Part shown: one piece after another, positions 20,159 through 31,979 of the stretch
How the letters are laid out: each line of letters begins with the position of its first letter
Numbering within the stretch: the first letter of the stretch is position 1
Source of the DNA: Anaeromyxobacteraceae bacterium
GTDB lineage: Bacteria > Myxococcota > Myxococcia > Myxococcales > Anaeromyxobacteraceae
Assembly (NCBI GenBank): GCA_032654565.1
Contig: JAULAX010000009.1
Coordinates: 299,642-363,641 of the forward strand
DNA length: 64,000 bases
Direction: 5' to 3'
The notes under the pieces: model-generated
What the model was told of the DNA's origin: nothing
Database searches by the model: none
Seen by the model: the letters and a program-made list of their open reading frames with translations, nothing else
Translations under genes and position numbers: made by a program

Positions 20159-20461
20159 ATGCCCGAGACCAAGAAGAAGAACCTCAAGAAGCCCCCGCAG
20201 GCGAAGAGCAACGGCAAGAAGACCTGCAAGGTCGAGGGCTGCAAGCGCGCCTACCGCGCCAAGACGTTCTGCTTCTTCCACTTCAAGAAGTGGCGCGCCG
20301 GCGAGATGGAGTCGAAGCCGGCCCGGTACAAGACCTGCTCCAAGCCCGACTGCAAGAAGAAGGTGGTCGGCCACGGCCTCTGCCAGGACCACTTCGCGGC
20401 CTGGACCAAGAGCCGCAAGAAGAACCAGGGCAAGGGCGAGGCCGCCCCGGCCGCCAGCTAG
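20159..20461 (+). CDS. Basic Lys-rich protein with two Cx4C..CxxH zinc-binding repeats (myxobacterial 'vegetative protein'-like)
   Basis: CKVEGC..FCFFH and CSKPDC..LCQDH. Confidence 0.8.
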   Translation: MPETKKKNLKKPPQAKSNGKKTCKVEGCKRAYRAKTFCFFHFKKWRAGEMESKPARYKTCSKPDCKKKVVGHGLCQDHFAAWTKSRKKNQGKGEAAPAAS

Positions 20462-21285
20462 CGCGGCCCGACGGCGGCGCCGCCGTTGCGCTCGCCCGGC
20501 CCCCGGGCCAGCTGGCGCTCCAGCGACCGGACCGCCGCCAGCAGCAGCTCCACCTCCCGCTGCGTCGGCTCGGCCCGGGTCAGCAGCCGTCGCCACTCGG
20601 CCAGGATCAGCTCCGGGTTCTGCGGGTTGAGGTAGCCGGCGGCCGTCAGCAGCGGCTGCAGCCGCCCCCAGAGCGCCTCCACCGTGGCGTGGCGGGCCGG
20701 ATCGACCGGGGCCGCCCGGGACCCCTCCGGCCCCGGCCCCTCGACGCGCCCCTCGGCCCCGCCCCCGCAGGCCAGCTCGTAGCTGAGCACCGCCACCGAC
20801 TGGGCCAGGTTCATCGAGTCGTAGTCGGGCGAGGTGGGGATGGTGCAGATGGCGTGGCAGAGCTCGAGCTCGGCGTCGGAGAGGCCGCGCTGCTCCTCCC
20901 CGAAGACCAGGGCCAGCTCGCCGGTCCCGGCCCGCCGGGCCACCTCCTCCCCCAGCTGGCGCGGGGAGAGCCGCGGCCGCCCCGGGAGCTGGCGCGAGCT
21001 GGTGCCGCAGACCCAGGTGGCCGGCCCCAGGGCCGCCGCCAGGTCGGGGTGGAACTCGGCCCGGTCGAGCAGCACCGTGGCGTGGCGGGCCACCCGGGCG
21101 GCCCGCCGGAGGACGTCCTCCTGCGCCGTCCCGTCACCCCCTCCCCGGGGGGCCCCCCCCCAGGCCGGGGGCGTCACCACCGCCAGCCGGGAGAGGCCGA
21201 AGTTCATCATGGCCCGGGCCACGGCGCCGAGGTTCTCGGCGCTGGCGGGGCGGTGGAGGACGACGCGCACTTTTCCGAAGGACAT
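20458..21285 (-). CDS. TrmJ/LasT-family SPOUT RNA methyltransferase
   Basis: ENLGAVARAMMNFG, VFGEEQRGLS, SMNLAQSVAV. Confidence 0.92.
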   Translation of the reverse strand: MSFGKVRVVLHRPASAENLGAVARAMMNFGLSRLAVVTPPAWGGAPRGGGDGTAQEDVLRRAARVARHATVLLDRAEFHPDLAAALGPATWVCGTSSRQLPGRPRLSPRQLGEEVARRAGTGELALVFGEEQRGLSDAELELCHAICTIPTSPDYDSMNLAQSVAVLSYELACGGGAEGRVEGPGPEGSRAAPVDPARHATVEALWGRLQPLLTAAGYLNPQNPELILAEWRRLLTRAEPTQREVELLLAAVRSLERQLARGPGERNGGAAVGPR

Positions 21286-21312
21286 GGCCGCCGGCACGTA
21301 TAACATCCCGGC

Positions 21313-22272
21313 ATGATCTCCGACGCCCAGCTCCGCGCCCAGCTCCCGCACACCCTCCGGCAGCTCGACCTGCCGGCCCTCGGCAGCCTCTACCGGGGCA
21401 AGGTCCGCGACAACTACTCGCGCGGCGACCAGATCGTCATGGTCACCAGCGACCGGATCAGCGCCTTCGACCACGTGCTCGGCACCATCCCCTTCAAGGG
21501 CGAGGTGCTCTCGCGCCTCACCACCTTCTGGTTCGAGAAGGTCAAGGACATCGCCCCCACCCACATCCTCTCGGTGCCGGACCCGAGCGTCATGGTGGTG
21601 AAGCGGGCCGCCGCCCTGCCGGTGGAGATCGTCATCCGCGGCTACATCACCGGCTCGCTCTGGCGCGACTACCTGGCCGGCAAGGCCGGGGCCTACGGCA
21701 TCGACTGGCCCATGGGGCTGAAGAAGGACCAGAAGTTCGACCGCCCCATCATCACCCCGTCGACCAAGGCCGAGTACGGCAAGCACGACGAGCCCATCAG
21801 CGAGGCCGAGATCCTCCGCCAGGAGCTGGTCACCCCGGAGGTCTGGAAGGAGGCCTGCGCCATCGCCCAGCGCCTCTTCGCCCGCGGCCAGGAGTGGGCG
21901 GCCTCGCGCGGCCTGATCCTCGTCGACACCAAGTACGAGATGGGGATCGCCGACGGCAAGCTGGTGGTGATCGACGAGATCCACACCCCGGACAGCTCGC
22001 GCTACTGGCTGGCCCGCGAGTACCTGCAGCGGTTCATGGCCGGGCAGGAGCAGCAGATGCTGGACAAGGAGAACATCCGGCAGTGGCTCATCAAGGAGCA
22101 CGGCTTCTCCGGCCACGGCAAGCCGCCGGCGCTCACCGACGACGTCCGGGTGATGCTGGCGCGCAAGTACATCGAGGTCTTCGAGCTGCTCACCGGCGAG
22201 ACCTTCGTCTCGGCGGGCGGCGACGTGCAGGCCCGCATCGAGCAGAACATGAAGAAGGCCGGGCTGCTGTAG
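21313..22272 (+). CDS. purC: SAICAR synthase
   Basis: YRGKVRD, SDRISAFD, ITPSTKAE, DTKYEMG, IDEIHTPDSSRYW. Confidence 0.97.
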   Translation: MISDAQLRAQLPHTLRQLDLPALGSLYRGKVRDNYSRGDQIVMVTSDRISAFDHVLGTIPFKGEVLSRLTTFWFEKVKDIAPTHILSVPDPSVMVVKRAAALPVEIVIRGYITGSLWRDYLAGKAGAYGIDWPMGLKKDQKFDRPIITPSTKAEYGKHDEPISEAEILRQELVTPEVWKEACAIAQRLFARGQEWAASRGLILVDTKYEMGIADGKLVVIDEIHTPDSSRYWLAREYLQRFMAGQEQQMLDKENIRQWLIKEHGFSGHGKPPALTDDVRVMLARKYIEVFELLTGETFVSAGGDVQARIEQNMKKAGLL

Positions 22273-22282
22273 CTCGCCGCGG

Positions 22283-23827
22283 TCACTCCGGCAGCGAGAC
22301 CCGGTAGCGCTTCATCTTCCCCTGCAGGGTGGTCGGCCTGAGCCCGAGCCGGCCCGCGGCGCCGCCCGGGCCGTAGACCTTCCCGCCGCTGGCCTGGAGC
22401 GCCCGCTCGATGAGGGCCCGCGCCTCCTCGTCGAAGGTGCCGGTCACCGCCGGCGCCTGGCGGGGGGCCGCCAGCCCGCCGGCGCCCGGCGGCCCGGGCA
22501 GCTCGAGGGTGGCGCCGGGCGAGAGGATGAGGGCCCGCTGCACGTAGTTCTCCAGCTCCCGCACGTTGCCGGGCCAGTCGTGGGCGGCCAGCGCGCTCCA
22601 GAACGACTCCGGCACCTCGGGCGGGCGCCGGTTCATCTGCGCGGCGTGGCGGGCCAGGAAGTGCTCGGCCAGGGGCCGCAGGTCGCCGCGCCGCTCGCGC
22701 AGCGGCGGCAGCCGCACCGGGAAGACCGCCAGCCGGTAGTAGAGGTCCTCGCGGAAGCGCCGGGCCTCCACCAGCCGCTCCAGCTCCTGGTTGGTGGCCG
22801 CCACCACGCGGACGTCCACCTCGACGGTGCCGGTCCCGCCGACGCGGGTCAGCTCGCGCTCCTGCAGCACCCGCAGCAGCCTGACCTGGACCGCGGCGGG
22901 CGCGTCGCCCACCTCGTCGAGGAAGATGGTCCCGCCCTCGGCCTCCTCGAAGCGCCCCGCCCGGCGGCGCACCGCGCCGGTGAAGGCCCCCTTCTCGTGG
23001 CCGAAGAGCTCCGACTCGACCAGCCCCTCGGGGATGGCGGCGAGGTTGACGGCCACGAAGGGGGCGTCGAAGCGGGGGGAGAGGTCGTGAACCATCCGCG
23101 CCAGCCCCTCCTTGCCGGCGCCGGTCTCGCCCCGGATCAGCACCGTGGTGTCGGAGGCGGCCACCCGTTGCACCTGCGCCAGCACCGCCTTCATGGCCCC
23201 GCTCTCGGCGACGTACCGGTTCTCCTTGCGGATCTGGCGCAGCTCCTCCCGCAGCAGCGCGTTCTCCCTGCCGAGCAGGCCGTTGAGCCGCTTCACCTCC
23301 TCGACCAGCAGGCTGTTGTGCAGCGCGATGGCCACCAGCGAGGCGACCCGTCGGGCCACCTGGAGGCAGCAGTCGAGCAGCGCCTCGCTCGGCGGGTGGG
23401 CGATCTCCAGCACGCCGAGCACCTGGTCCTCGAAGATGAGGGGGAAGGCGACCAGCGAGCCGTAGCCGAGCGCGGCCAGGGCCGGCTCGTCGGCGTAGCG
23501 CGGACGCTCCAGCGCAATGGGGTCGACCACCACCGGGGCGCGCCGCTCCACCGCCCGGCCCGCCGCGGTGCCGTCCAGCCCGTAGACCCGCCCGACCTCG
23601 GAGCCCGGGTGGCGCGGGTCGGAGATGAGCGCCACCAGCGCCTGCCCGGTGGGCTGGCCGTCGAGCCGGTGGATGACGACGCGGGTGGCGCCGAAGTGGC
23701 GGTCGAGCAGCGCGCCGGTCCGCTCCAGCACCAGCGCCAGGTCGACGGTGGAGAGGACCGCCTGGGTCGCCTCCTCGATGATCCTCTCGTGCGATTCGCC
23801 GTTGACGACGTGCAGGGCCATGGCCAT
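22283..23827 (-). CDS. Sigma54-dependent activator, GAF + AAA+ + Fis-HTH (FhlA/NorR-like architecture)
   Basis: [31 protein letters not shown]-terminal HTH; N-terminal GAF. Confidence 0.93.
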   Translation of the reverse strand: MAMALHVVNGESHERIIEEATQAVLSTVDLALVLERTGALLDRHFGATRVVIHRLDGQPTGQALVALISDPRHPGSEVGRVYGLDGTAAGRAVERRAPVVVDPIALERPRYADEPALAALGYGSLVAFPLIFEDQVLGVLEIAHPPSEALLDCCLQVARRVASLVAIALHNSLLVEEVKRLNGLLGRENALLREELRQIRKENRYVAESGAMKAVLAQVQRVAASDTTVLIRGETGAGKEGLARMVHDLSPRFDAPFVAVNLAAIPEGLVESELFGHEKGAFTGAVRRRAGRFEEAEGGTIFLDEVGDAPAAVQVRLLRVLQERELTRVGGTGTVEVDVRVVAATNQELERLVEARRFREDLYYRLAVFPVRLPPLRERRGDLRPLAEHFLARHAAQMNRRPPEVPESFWSALAAHDWPGNVRELENYVQRALILSPGATLELPGPPGAGGLAAPRQAPAVTGTFDEEARALIERALQASGGKVYGPGGAAGRLGLRPTTLQGKMKRYRVSLPE

Positions 23828-23930
23828 GGAAGATAGCGGCACCGACCCGTGGGTGCACGGGCAACCACCTTTCGGTGCCACCGGCCCCGCTGGGTCGGGA
23901 TATCCTTGGTCATTCCAGCTGCTTGTCCAT

Positions 23931-23946
23931 TGGCCCGCGCCGTGCT
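23931..23946 (+). promoter_or_regulatory. Sigma54 (-24/-12) promoter for the hemerythrin-YwiC genes
   Basis: TGGCCC-GCGCC-GTGCT (GG-N10-GC) about 45 nt upstream of ATG 23990, divergent from the sigma54 activator. Confidence 0.7.
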
Positions 23947-23989
23947 CTGCACAGGTTCCGCCCGGCCTCCCGCCGGAAGTGGAGCCGAC

Positions 23990-24544
23990 ATGGACGCCCT
24001 CGAAGTCCTCATGGCCGAACACCAGCAGATCCTCGCCGCCATCGACGCGCTGGAGGCCTTCGCCGCGGAGGTCCGCCGCGGCGGGGGGAGCGCCGCCGAG
24101 CTGGGGCGCTTCGTCACCTTCATCCGCGAGTTCGCCGACGCCCACCACCATGCCAAGGAGGAGGACCTGCTCTTCACCGCCATGGTCGAGGCCGGCTTCC
24201 CGCGCGAGTCCGGCCCCGTCGGCGTCATGCTCCAGGACCACGACCAGGGGCGGCGCTTGGTCGGCGTCCTGGCCCAGCTGGCGCAGGCCGCCACGCCCTG
24301 GGGCGACGCCGATCGGGAGCGGCTCCACGCCGCCGCGTTCGGCTACGCCGAACTGCTGCGATCCCACATCCAGAAGGAGGACGGCATCCTCTACCCCATG
24401 GCCGAGGCCCGCCTCCCGGCGGCGCTGCGCGCCCGGGTGGACGCGGAGGCGGCCGCCCACGACGCCCGGCAGGTGACCGCCGGGGTCCTGCCGCGGCTGG
24501 AGGCCCTGGGCGCCGAGCTGGTGGCTCGGAAGCCTGCTCCCTGA
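23990..24544 (+). CDS. Hemerythrin/HHE cation-binding domain protein
   Basis: [45 protein letters not shown]. Confidence 0.92.
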   Translation: MDALEVLMAEHQQILAAIDALEAFAAEVRRGGGSAAELGRFVTFIREFADAHHHAKEEDLLFTAMVEAGFPRESGPVGVMLQDHDQGRRLVGVLAQLAQAATPWGDADRERLHAAAFGYAELLRSHIQKEDGILYPMAEARLPAALRARVDAEAAAHDARQVTAGVLPRLEALGAELVARKPAP

Positions 24545-24551
24545 CCTGGCG

Positions 24552-25352
24552 ATGCCGGCCCCGGAGTCCACTCCCCGCCCCCGCTCGCTCCTCCCCCAGG
24601 AGCACGGAGCCTGGGGGCAGCTGTTCATGCCGCTGCTCTCGGCCCTGCTGATCGCCGGCGTCACCCCGGCGGCGCTGCTGCTGGGCGCCGCCACCGTGCT
24701 CGGCTTCCTGGCCCACGAGCCCTGGCTGGTGCGGCTCGGCCACCGCGGGGCGCGGGCGGCGCGCGAGGACGGCCCCCGGGCCGGGCGGCGCCTCGGGTGG
24801 CTGCTGGCCGGCGCCGCGGTCACCGGCGCGGCCGGGGCCCTCCTCGCCCCCGGCGCGGCGCGCTGGGCCCTGCTGCTGCCGGCGGCGCTGGCGCTGCTGG
24901 TGGTCGGCCTGGTGCTGGCCGGGCGGGAGCGGACGGTGCCGGGGGAGCTGGCGGTGGTGACCGCCCTCGCCTCCTCCGGGCTGGCGGTGGCGCTGGCGGC
25001 CGGGGCCCCGCTGCGCGCCGCCGGGGCGGCCACCGCCACCTGGGTGCTGGCCTTCGCCACCTCGGTCTTCGCCGTCCAGGTGGTGCTGGCGCGGGCCCTC
25101 TCCCGCGGGACCACCGCGCTGGGGCTGCGCCACGGGCTGGCGGTGCTGCTGGTGGGCGGCGGCGGCGCGGCCGCGGCCGGGCTGGCCGGGCTGGGGGCGG
25201 TGGTGCCGGTGGCCGTGGCCCCCACCGCGCTCCTCTCGCTGCTGGTCTGCCTCCTGCCCTTCAGCGCCCGGCAGCTCAGGACGCTCGGCTGGGGGCTGGT
25301 GGCCTCGAGCACGGCGACGCTGCTGCTGCTGGTCCACGGCCTGCGCCCCTGA
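24552..25352 (+). CDS. YwiC-like membrane protein
   Basis: N-terminal LLPQEHGAW signature and multiple TM helices. Confidence 0.85.
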   Translation: MPAPESTPRPRSLLPQEHGAWGQLFMPLLSALLIAGVTPAALLLGAATVLGFLAHEPWLVRLGHRGARAAREDGPRAGRRLGWLLAGAAVTGAAGALLAPGAARWALLLPAALALLVVGLVLAGRERTVPGELAVVTALASSGLAVALAAGAPLRAAGAATATWVLAFATSVFAVQVVLARALSRGTTALGLRHGLAVLLVGGGGAAAAGLAGLGAVVPVAVAPTALLSLLVCLLPFSARQLRTLGWGLVASSTATLLLLVHGLRP

Positions 25353-25490
25353 CCGCGCCGGGCCGCGGCCCGCGGGCGGGGGCCGAGGCCAGGGGCCATC
25401 CACCGACCCGACGCCGGGCCCCTCGACACGCACCGCTGGTGGAGGGCGCACGGTTTGTGTAGCCTCGCTGGACCCACCCGGGAGGACCAC

Positions 25491-26873
25491 ATGGCCTCGA
25501 AGCGCATCCACCCCGCGGCCGCGCCCGCCGGCGCCGGCGACCTCTCCAACATCGAGGCCTGCGTCGAGGACGTGGCCCGCGCCTTCAAGGACCCCGACCG
25601 GGGCCCGCGCGACCTGACCGCCTTCGCCCCGCTGCGCTCGGCGCTGGCCCGCGCCCGCGGCCGCCTGCCGCCCGCCTACCGCCAGGCCCTGGCCGATCCC
25701 CTGCTGGCCACCCTCGACGAGCTCGGCCCGTCCGGCTTCAAGCAGCTGCTGGCCTCCGACCCGGACCGCGCCGGCTCGGCCGCGCTGCTCCTCGACGCCG
25801 CCCAGGCGGTGCTGCAGGCCGGCGACGGCGCCGCCACCGACGCCTTCCAGGAGGTGGTCAGCGACCTCTACGACGGCTTCCTCTCGGCCGAGGACCGGCG
25901 CGGGGTCAAGCTGCCGGAGCGGAGCGTGCTGGCCCCCATGGTCAAGTGGGGCTGCCCCGACGACGGCCCCTACACCTGGCCGGTCACCGCCACGGCGTCG
26001 CTGGGGGCCACCACCGGGGTGGTCAGCCTCCCGCCCGGGAACGCCCGCCGCGGCCTCTGCGTCTGGGCGGCGCTGGGGCACGAGACCGCCGGCCACGACA
26101 TCCTCGGCGCCGACCGCGGCCTCAAGGCGGAGCTGGCCGACGCCGTGCGCCGGGCCCTGCGCGAGGCCGGCATGACGGCGCTGGCCGGCTACTGGGCCGA
26201 CCGGGTCGACGAGACCGCCTCCGACGTGCTCGGCATCCTCAACATGGGGCCCGCTGCCGGCTTCGGCCTGCTGGCCACGCTGCGCGGCTTCCGGCTGGCC
26301 TCCGGGGACGGCGCCCGGCTGCAGAGCGAGGGGGCGGGGGACGACGAGCACCCGGCCGACGTGGTGCGCGGCTTCCTGGCCGCCGCCACCATCCGCACCC
26401 TCCCCTTCGGCGGCGCCACCGCCTGGGCCGCCGCGGTGGAGCGCGAGACCAGCCTCGACGCCCAGGTGATCCGGCTCTCCCGCCGCGAGGTCTCGCTCAC
26501 CGAGGCCCGCGGCGCGGCCGCCACCGCGGCCCGGGCGGTCACCTCCACCCCGCTGCGGACGCTGGAGGGGCACGCCCTGGGGGAGATCCAGACCTGGCGC
26601 GACTCCGACGACCGCATCGTGGCCCGGCTGGCCGCGGCGCTCGCCGGCCGCGGCACGCTGGACGCCACCATCGAGCGCGGGGACTACGCCGCCCACGCCG
26701 TGGCCGCGGCGGTCACCACCGCAGTGGGCCGGGGTGGCGATCCGGCCGCCCTCCAGCCGCGGCTGGTGACGATGCTGGCGGCCATGCACCGGCTCAACCC
26801 GGTCTGGGGCCCGCTCCAGGTGATCCACTCCGGCGACATGACGCGCCGGACGTTCTTCACGGCGCTGGGGTAG
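25491..26873 (+). CDS. Hypothetical protein with HExxGH metal-binding motif
   Basis: [16 protein letters not shown], downstream DETASD and EHP. Confidence 0.75.
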   Translation: MASKRIHPAAAPAGAGDLSNIEACVEDVARAFKDPDRGPRDLTAFAPLRSALARARGRLPPAYRQALADPLLATLDELGPSGFKQLLASDPDRAGSAALLLDAAQAVLQAGDGAATDAFQEVVSDLYDGFLSAEDRRGVKLPERSVLAPMVKWGCPDDGPYTWPVTATASLGATTGVVSLPPGNARRGLCVWAALGHETAGHDILGADRGLKAELADAVRRALREAGMTALAGYWADRVDETASDVLGILNMGPAAGFGLLATLRGFRLASGDGARLQSEGAGDDEHPADVVRGFLAAATIRTLPFGGATAWAAAVERETSLDAQVIRLSRREVSLTEARGAAATAARAVTSTPLRTLEGHALGEIQTWRDSDDRIVARLAAALAGRGTLDATIERGDYAAHAVAAAVTTAVGRGGDPAALQPRLVTMLAAMHRLNPVWGPLQVIHSGDMTRRTFFTALG

Positions 26874-26920
26874 TCTCGGCCCCGGCGGCGCGGCGTCTCC
26901 GGGCCCCAGGGAGCGCCGGC

Positions 26921-27859
26921 ATGCGGGTGTTGCGGCTGGAGGGGAACGAACTCCGGACAGGTGGCGCCGAGCTGGCCGGCCCGGGAGGCACGCTCTGGGT
27001 CGACCTGGCCCCCACCCCCGAGGCGCTGGCCTTCCTCTCGGAGCGCTTCCACTTCCACCCGCTGGCGCTCGAGGACTGCCTCCACGAGGACCAGCGCGCC
27101 AAGCTCGAGGTCTACCCGGAGGTCCTCTTCAGCGTGGTCCACCGGCTCTCACCGACGCCGGACGACACCGGGCTCGAGGCCACCGAGCTGAGCGCGTTCC
27201 TGACCGCCGAGACGCTGGTCACCGTCCACTCGGCGCCCATCCAGGAGCTCGACGAGGTCTTCGAGCGGGCCCGGCTCGAGCCGGGGCTGCTGGCCCGCGG
27301 GCCCGACTTCGCCCTCTACCTGCTCCACGACGCCATCACCGATCTGCACTTCTCCCTGGTGGACCACCTCAGCGAGGAGGCCGAGGCGCTGGCCGAGGAG
27401 GTCACCTCCGGCGCGCCCGGTCCCGGCGTGGCCGAGCGGATCATGATGGCCCGGCGCCAGCACACCCTGGTGCGCCGGCGGGTAGGGCCGCAGCGGGAGC
27501 TCTTCGCGGCGCTGGCCCGCCCCGGCCAGGGGCTGGTGCGCGACCAGAACGCCATCTACTTCCGCGACGTGGTCGACCACCTGGTGCGCCTCTCCGAGGA
27601 GGTCGACACCGGCCGGGAGCTGCTGGCCTCCACCATGGAGACGCTGCTCTCGCAGGCCAACAACCGGCTCACCGGGGTGACCACCCGGCTGACGCTGATC
27701 GCCACCATCTTCCTGCCGCTCAACTTCGTGGCCGGCTTCTTCGGGATGAACCTGGAGATCCTGCCGCCGGCGGTGGCGGTGCCGCTGGTGGTGGCCGCGG
27801 TGGTGGCGCTGCCGCTGGCCATGTTCCTCTTCTTCCGCAGGCGGGGCTGGCTGGCCTGA
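26921..27859 (+). CDS. corA: CorA-family Mg2+/Co2+ transporter
   Basis: HPLALEDC, YFRDVVDH, FLPLNFVAGFFGMN signature. Confidence 0.92.
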   Translation: MRVLRLEGNELRTGGAELAGPGGTLWVDLAPTPEALAFLSERFHFHPLALEDCLHEDQRAKLEVYPEVLFSVVHRLSPTPDDTGLEATELSAFLTAETLVTVHSAPIQELDEVFERARLEPGLLARGPDFALYLLHDAITDLHFSLVDHLSEEAEALAEEVTSGAPGPGVAERIMMARRQHTLVRRRVGPQRELFAALARPGQGLVRDQNAIYFRDVVDHLVRLSEEVDTGRELLASTMETLLSQANNRLTGVTTRLTLIATIFLPLNFVAGFFGMNLEILPPAVAVPLVVAAVVALPLAMFLFFRRRGWLA

Positions 27860-27891
27860 GGGGCGCCCCGCCCGAGGTCGGACCCGCCGGT

Positions 27892-29208
27892 CTACCCCCC
27901 GAACACCCGGGCGAAGATGGTGTCGACGTGCTTGAGGTGGTACTCGAGCGCGAAGCAGGCGTCGATCTCGGCCGCGGTCAACAGCTTCGAGACCTCGGGA
28001 TCGGCCTTGAGCGCGGCGCGGAAGTCGACCTTCTCCTCCCAGACCTTCATGGCGTTGCGCTGCACGAAGACGTACCCCTGCTGCCGGGCCACCCCCTTCT
28101 CCACCAGGGCCAGCAGCACCCGCTGCGCCTCGTAGAGGCCGCCGGTCTGGTCGAGGTTCTCCTGCATGCGGGCCGGGTAGACGCGCAGGTTCTCGATCAT
28201 CCCGGCGAAGCGCTGCAGCGAGAAGTCGAGGGCGATGGTGGCGTCGGGGGCGATGACCCGCTCCACCGAGGAGTGGCTGATGTCGCGCTCGTGCCAGAGG
28301 GCCACGTCCTCGAAGGCCGCCAGCGCCCAGCCGCGCAGCAGCCGGGCCATGCCGGTGAGGTTCTCCGAGAGGATGGGGTTGCGCTTGTGGGGCATGGCCG
28401 ACGAGCCCTTCTGCCCGGCGGTGAACGGCTCCTCGGCCTCGCGCACCTCGGTCCGCTGCAGGTGGCGCACCTCGGTGGCGTGCTGCTCCAGGGTGGCGCC
28501 GCAGAGCGCCAGCGCCGAGAAGTACTCGGCGTGCCGGTCGCGGTTGACCACCTGGGTGGCCGCCCCCTCGGCGCCGGCCAGGCCGAGGGCCTTGATGACG
28601 TGGGCCTCGACGCGCGGGTCGACGTTGGCGAAGGTGCCGACCGCCCCGGAGATCTTGCCGACGGCCACGACCTCCCCGGCCGCCACCAGCGCCGCCCGGC
28701 GCCGCGACCAGGCGTCGTACCAGCCGGCCAGCTTGAGGCCGAAGGTGGTGGGCTCGGCGTGGATGCCGTGGCTGCGCCCCACCATGGGGGTGCGCTTGTG
28801 CTCCAGGGCCCGCTTCTTCACCGCCGCCAGCACCCGGTCGACGCCGCCGAGCAGCAGCGCGGTGGCCTCGTGGAGCTGCACCGCCAGGGTGGTGTCGAGC
28901 ACGTCGGAGGAGGTCATCCCCTTGTGGAGGTGGCGCGCCGCCGGGCCGCCCTTCTCCTCGGCCCAGGTGAGGAAGGCGATGACGTCGTGCTTGACGGTCT
29001 TCTCGATCTCCTCGATCCGCTCGACGTCGGCGGCGGTCAGCTGGTAGCCGTCGAAGACCTTGCGGAGCGCGGCGTGGTCCTCGGCGGGCACCTCGCCGAG
29101 CGCCACCATGGCCTCACAGGCGTGCAGCTCGACGTCGAGCCAGATGCGGTAGCGCCGCTCGCTGGTCCAGATGCGCCCCATCTCGGCGCGGGTGTAGCGG
29201 GGGATCAT
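27892..29208 (-). CDS. purB: Adenylosuccinate lyase
   Basis: [41 protein letters not shown]. Confidence 0.97.
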   Translation of the reverse strand: MIPRYTRAEMGRIWTSERRYRIWLDVELHACEAMVALGEVPAEDHAALRKVFDGYQLTAADVERIEEIEKTVKHDVIAFLTWAEEKGGPAARHLHKGMTSSDVLDTTLAVQLHEATALLLGGVDRVLAAVKKRALEHKRTPMVGRSHGIHAEPTTFGLKLAGWYDAWSRRRAALVAAGEVVAVGKISGAVGTFANVDPRVEAHVIKALGLAGAEGAATQVVNRDRHAEYFSALALCGATLEQHATEVRHLQRTEVREAEEPFTAGQKGSSAMPHKRNPILSENLTGMARLLRGWALAAFEDVALWHERDISHSSVERVIAPDATIALDFSLQRFAGMIENLRVYPARMQENLDQTGGLYEAQRVLLALVEKGVARQQGYVFVQRNAMKVWEEKVDFRAALKADPEVSKLLTAAEIDACFALEYHLKHVDTIFARVFGG

Positions 29209-29260
29209 GTCGTCTCCTCGTGCCGCGGGGCCGGCCGCCGGCCGCCCCGCCTCGAATTGG

Positions 29261-29710
29261 TCACCGCCCGGTCGAGCCGAAGCCGCCGGCGCCGCGCCCG
29301 GTCTCGCCGAGCGCCTCCGCCACCTGCAGCTCCACCCGGGCCACCGGCGCGATCACCAGCTGGGCGATCCGCTCGCCCCGCTCGAACCGGACCGGCTCCT
29401 GCCCCAGGTTCACCAGGATCACCTTCACCTCGCCACGATAGTCCGAGTCGATGGTCCCCGGGGCGTTGAGGATGGTCACCCCGTGGCGCGCCGCCAGCCC
29501 GGAGCGGGGGCGCACCTGCCCCTCGTGGCCCGGCGGGATCTCCAGGGAGAGCCCGGTGGGCACCAGGGCCCGCTCCCCGGGGGCCAGGGCCACCGGCTCG
29601 TCGGCCCGCAGGTCCAGCCCGGCGGCGTGGGCCGACTCGTAGCGCGGCAGCAGCAGCGCCGGCCCGCGCTCTCCCACCCGGGTCACCTTCAGCTCCAGCG
29701 TCCCTGCCAT
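29261..29710 (-). CDS. dut: dUTPase
   Basis: [37 protein letters not shown]. Confidence 0.97.
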   Translation of the reverse strand: MAGTLELKVTRVGERGPALLLPRYESAHAAGLDLRADEPVALAPGERALVPTGLSLEIPPGHEGQVRPRSGLAARHGVTILNAPGTIDSDYRGEVKVILVNLGQEPVRFERGERIAQLVIAPVARVELQVAEALGETGRGAGGFGSTGR

Positions 29711-29816
29711 GGCGTCCTCGCGTGAGACGAAGCGGGGCGGCGCGCCAGGCTCGGCGGCCGCCCCGTGGGTCCAGCGGTGCCGCCGCGTCCCGCCTGGGGA
29801 GCGCGGCGGCGGCGAC

Positions 29817-31979
29817 CTAGGCCTTGGGGGCCTCGGCGGCCGGGGTCGCCGGCTTGCCGGCCACCTCGGCCAGCGCCTCCTTGCGGGAGAGCCGGATCTT
29901 GCCGGCCCGGTCGACCGAGATCACCTTGACCATCACCTCGTCGCCCTCGGCCAGCACGTCGGAGACCGCCTTGACGCGCTTGTCGGAGAGCTCGGAGATG
30001 TGGACCAGGCCGTCGGTGCCCGGGAAGATCTCCACGAAGGCGCCGAACTCGACGATCTTGCGGACGGTGCCGGTGTAGATCTTGCCGACCTCGGCCTCGG
30101 CGGTGAGGTTCTTGATCATCTTGATGGCGGCCTCGACCTTGAGCGGGTCGGTGCTGGCGATGGCGATGGTGCCGTCGTCGGCCACGTTGATGGCGCACCC
30201 GGTGCGGGCGGTGATGTCCTTGATGACCTTGCCGCCCGGCCCGATGACGTTCTTGATGAACTCCGGCCGGATCTTGATGCTGGTGATGCGCGGCGCGTAC
30301 TTGCTGACGTCGCCGCGCGGGGCGGCGATGGTCTTCTTCATCTCGGCGAGGATGTGCTTGCGGCCGGCGGCGGCCTGGTTGAGCGCCTTCTCCATGATCT
30401 CGCGGGTGACGCCGCCGATCTTGATGTCCATCTGGATGGAGGTGATGCCGGCGTCGGTGCCGCAGACCTTGAAGTCCATGTCGCCGAGGTGATCCTCGTC
30501 ACCGAGGATGTCGGAGAGGATGGCGATCTTGTCGCCCTCCTTGATCAGCCCCATGGCGATGCCGGCCACCGGGGCCTTGATGGGCACGCCGGCGTCCATC
30601 AGCGCCAGGCAGCCGCCGCAGACCGAGGCCATCGAGGAGGAGCCGTTCGACTCCATGATGTCCGAGACCAGCCGGATCACGTACGGCCAGGTGGCCGCGT
30701 CCTCCGGGATGACCGCCTTGAGGGCGCGCTCGGCGAGGACGCCGTGCCCGATCTCGCGGCGGCCGGGGCCGCGCAGGAACTTGGCCTCGCCCACCGAGAA
30801 GGGCGGGAAGTTGTAGTGGAGCATGAACCGCTTGTAGGTCATGCCGGTCAGCCCCTCGATGCGCTGATCGTCGGTGGCGGTGCCGAGGGTGGCGCCCACC
30901 AGGGCCTGGGTCTCGCCGCGGGTGAAGAGCGCCGAGCCGTGGACGCGGGGCAGCAGCCCCACCTCGCACCAGATCTGGCGGATGTCGGCCATGCCGCGGC
31001 CGCCGATGCGCTTGCCCTCGTCGGTGATCATCTTGCGCATGTACTCGTACTTCACGTCCTCGTAGTAGCCCTTGATCTCCTTCTCGCGGATGGCGATGGA
31101 GGCGAGCTTGGCGGCGTCGCCGGCGGCCTCGTCCTTGAGGGCCGCCATCAGCTCCTTCTTGATCTCGGAGAGCCGGCCGTAGCGGTCGTGCTTCTCGTCC
31201 CGGCTGTAGGCCTGCTTGACCTTGTCCCAGGTGAGCGACTTGACCTTGCCCTTGAGCGCCTCGTCCGACTTGGGCGGGTCGAAGGCCTTCTTCTGCTTGT
31301 TGCCGGAGATCTTGTGGAGCTGGAGCTGGGCGTCGAGCAGCGGCTGCACCGCGGCGTGGCCGAAGAGCAGGGCGTCGATCATCACCGCCTCGGTGATCTC
31401 CCGGGCGCCGCCCTCGACCATGGTGATGGCGTCGCGCGAGGCGGCCATGATGACGTCGAGGTCGGCCTCGGCCCGCTGGGCCAGGGTGGGGTTGGCCACG
31501 AAGGCGCCGTTGACGCGGCCGACGCGGACGCCGGCGAACGGGCCGTTGAAGGGCACGTCGGAGCACTGCAGGGCCGCCGAGGCCCCGGTCAGCGCCAGCA
31601 CGTCGGGGTCGTTCTCCTGGTCGAAGGAGACCACGGTGGCGATGATCTGGGTCTCGTTGGCGTAGCCCTCGGGGAAGAGGGGCCGGCAGGAGCGGTCGAT
31701 GATGCGCGAGGTCAGGGTCTCGCGCTCGGTGAGGCGCCCCTCGCGCTTGAAGTAGCTGCCGGGGATGCGGCCGGCGGCGTAGAGCTTCTCCTGGTAGTCG
31801 ACGGTGAGGGGGAAGAAGTCGATCCCCTCCTTCTTCTCGGCCGCCGAGACCACGGTGATGAGCACGACCGACTCGCCGACGCGGGCCCAGATGGAGCCGT
31901 GGGCCTGCTTGGCGACCTTGCCGGTCTCGAGGGTGATGTCCTTGTCGCCCACGCGGGCGGTGACCTGGAACGGAGTCAT
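29817..31979 (-). CDS. pnp: Polynucleotide phosphorylase
   Basis: [45 protein letters not shown] and S1 domains; start MTPFQ. Confidence 0.98.
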   Translation of the reverse strand: MTPFQVTARVGDKDITLETGKVAKQAHGSIWARVGESVVLITVVSAAEKKEGIDFFPLTVDYQEKLYAAGRIPGSYFKREGRLTERETLTSRIIDRSCRPLFPEGYANETQIIATVVSFDQENDPDVLALTGASAALQCSDVPFNGPFAGVRVGRVNGAFVANPTLAQRAEADLDVIMAASRDAITMVEGGAREITEAVMIDALLFGHAAVQPLLDAQLQLHKISGNKQKKAFDPPKSDEALKGKVKSLTWDKVKQAYSRDEKHDRYGRLSEIKKELMAALKDEAAGDAAKLASIAIREKEIKGYYEDVKYEYMRKMITDEGKRIGGRGMADIRQIWCEVGLLPRVHGSALFTRGETQALVGATLGTATDDQRIEGLTGMTYKRFMLHYNFPPFSVGEAKFLRGPGRREIGHGVLAERALKAVIPEDAATWPYVIRLVSDIMESNGSSSMASVCGGCLALMDAGVPIKAPVAGIAMGLIKEGDKIAILSDILGDEDHLGDMDFKVCGTDAGITSIQMDIKIGGVTREIMEKALNQAAAGRKHILAEMKKTIAAPRGDVSKYAPRITSIKIRPEFIKNVIGPGGKVIKDITARTGCAINVADDGTIAIASTDPLKVEAAIKMIKNLTAEAEVGKIYTGTVRKIVEFGAFVEIFPGTDGLVHISELSDKRVKAVSDVLAEGDEVMVKVISVDRAGKIRLSRKEALAEVAGKPATPAAEAPKA

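Noticed and set aside
23828..25588. N-terminal extension of the sigma54 activator ORF (1101 aa)
   Set aside because: The extension overlaps the real hemerythrin and YwiC genes on the opposite strand; the true start is near 23827
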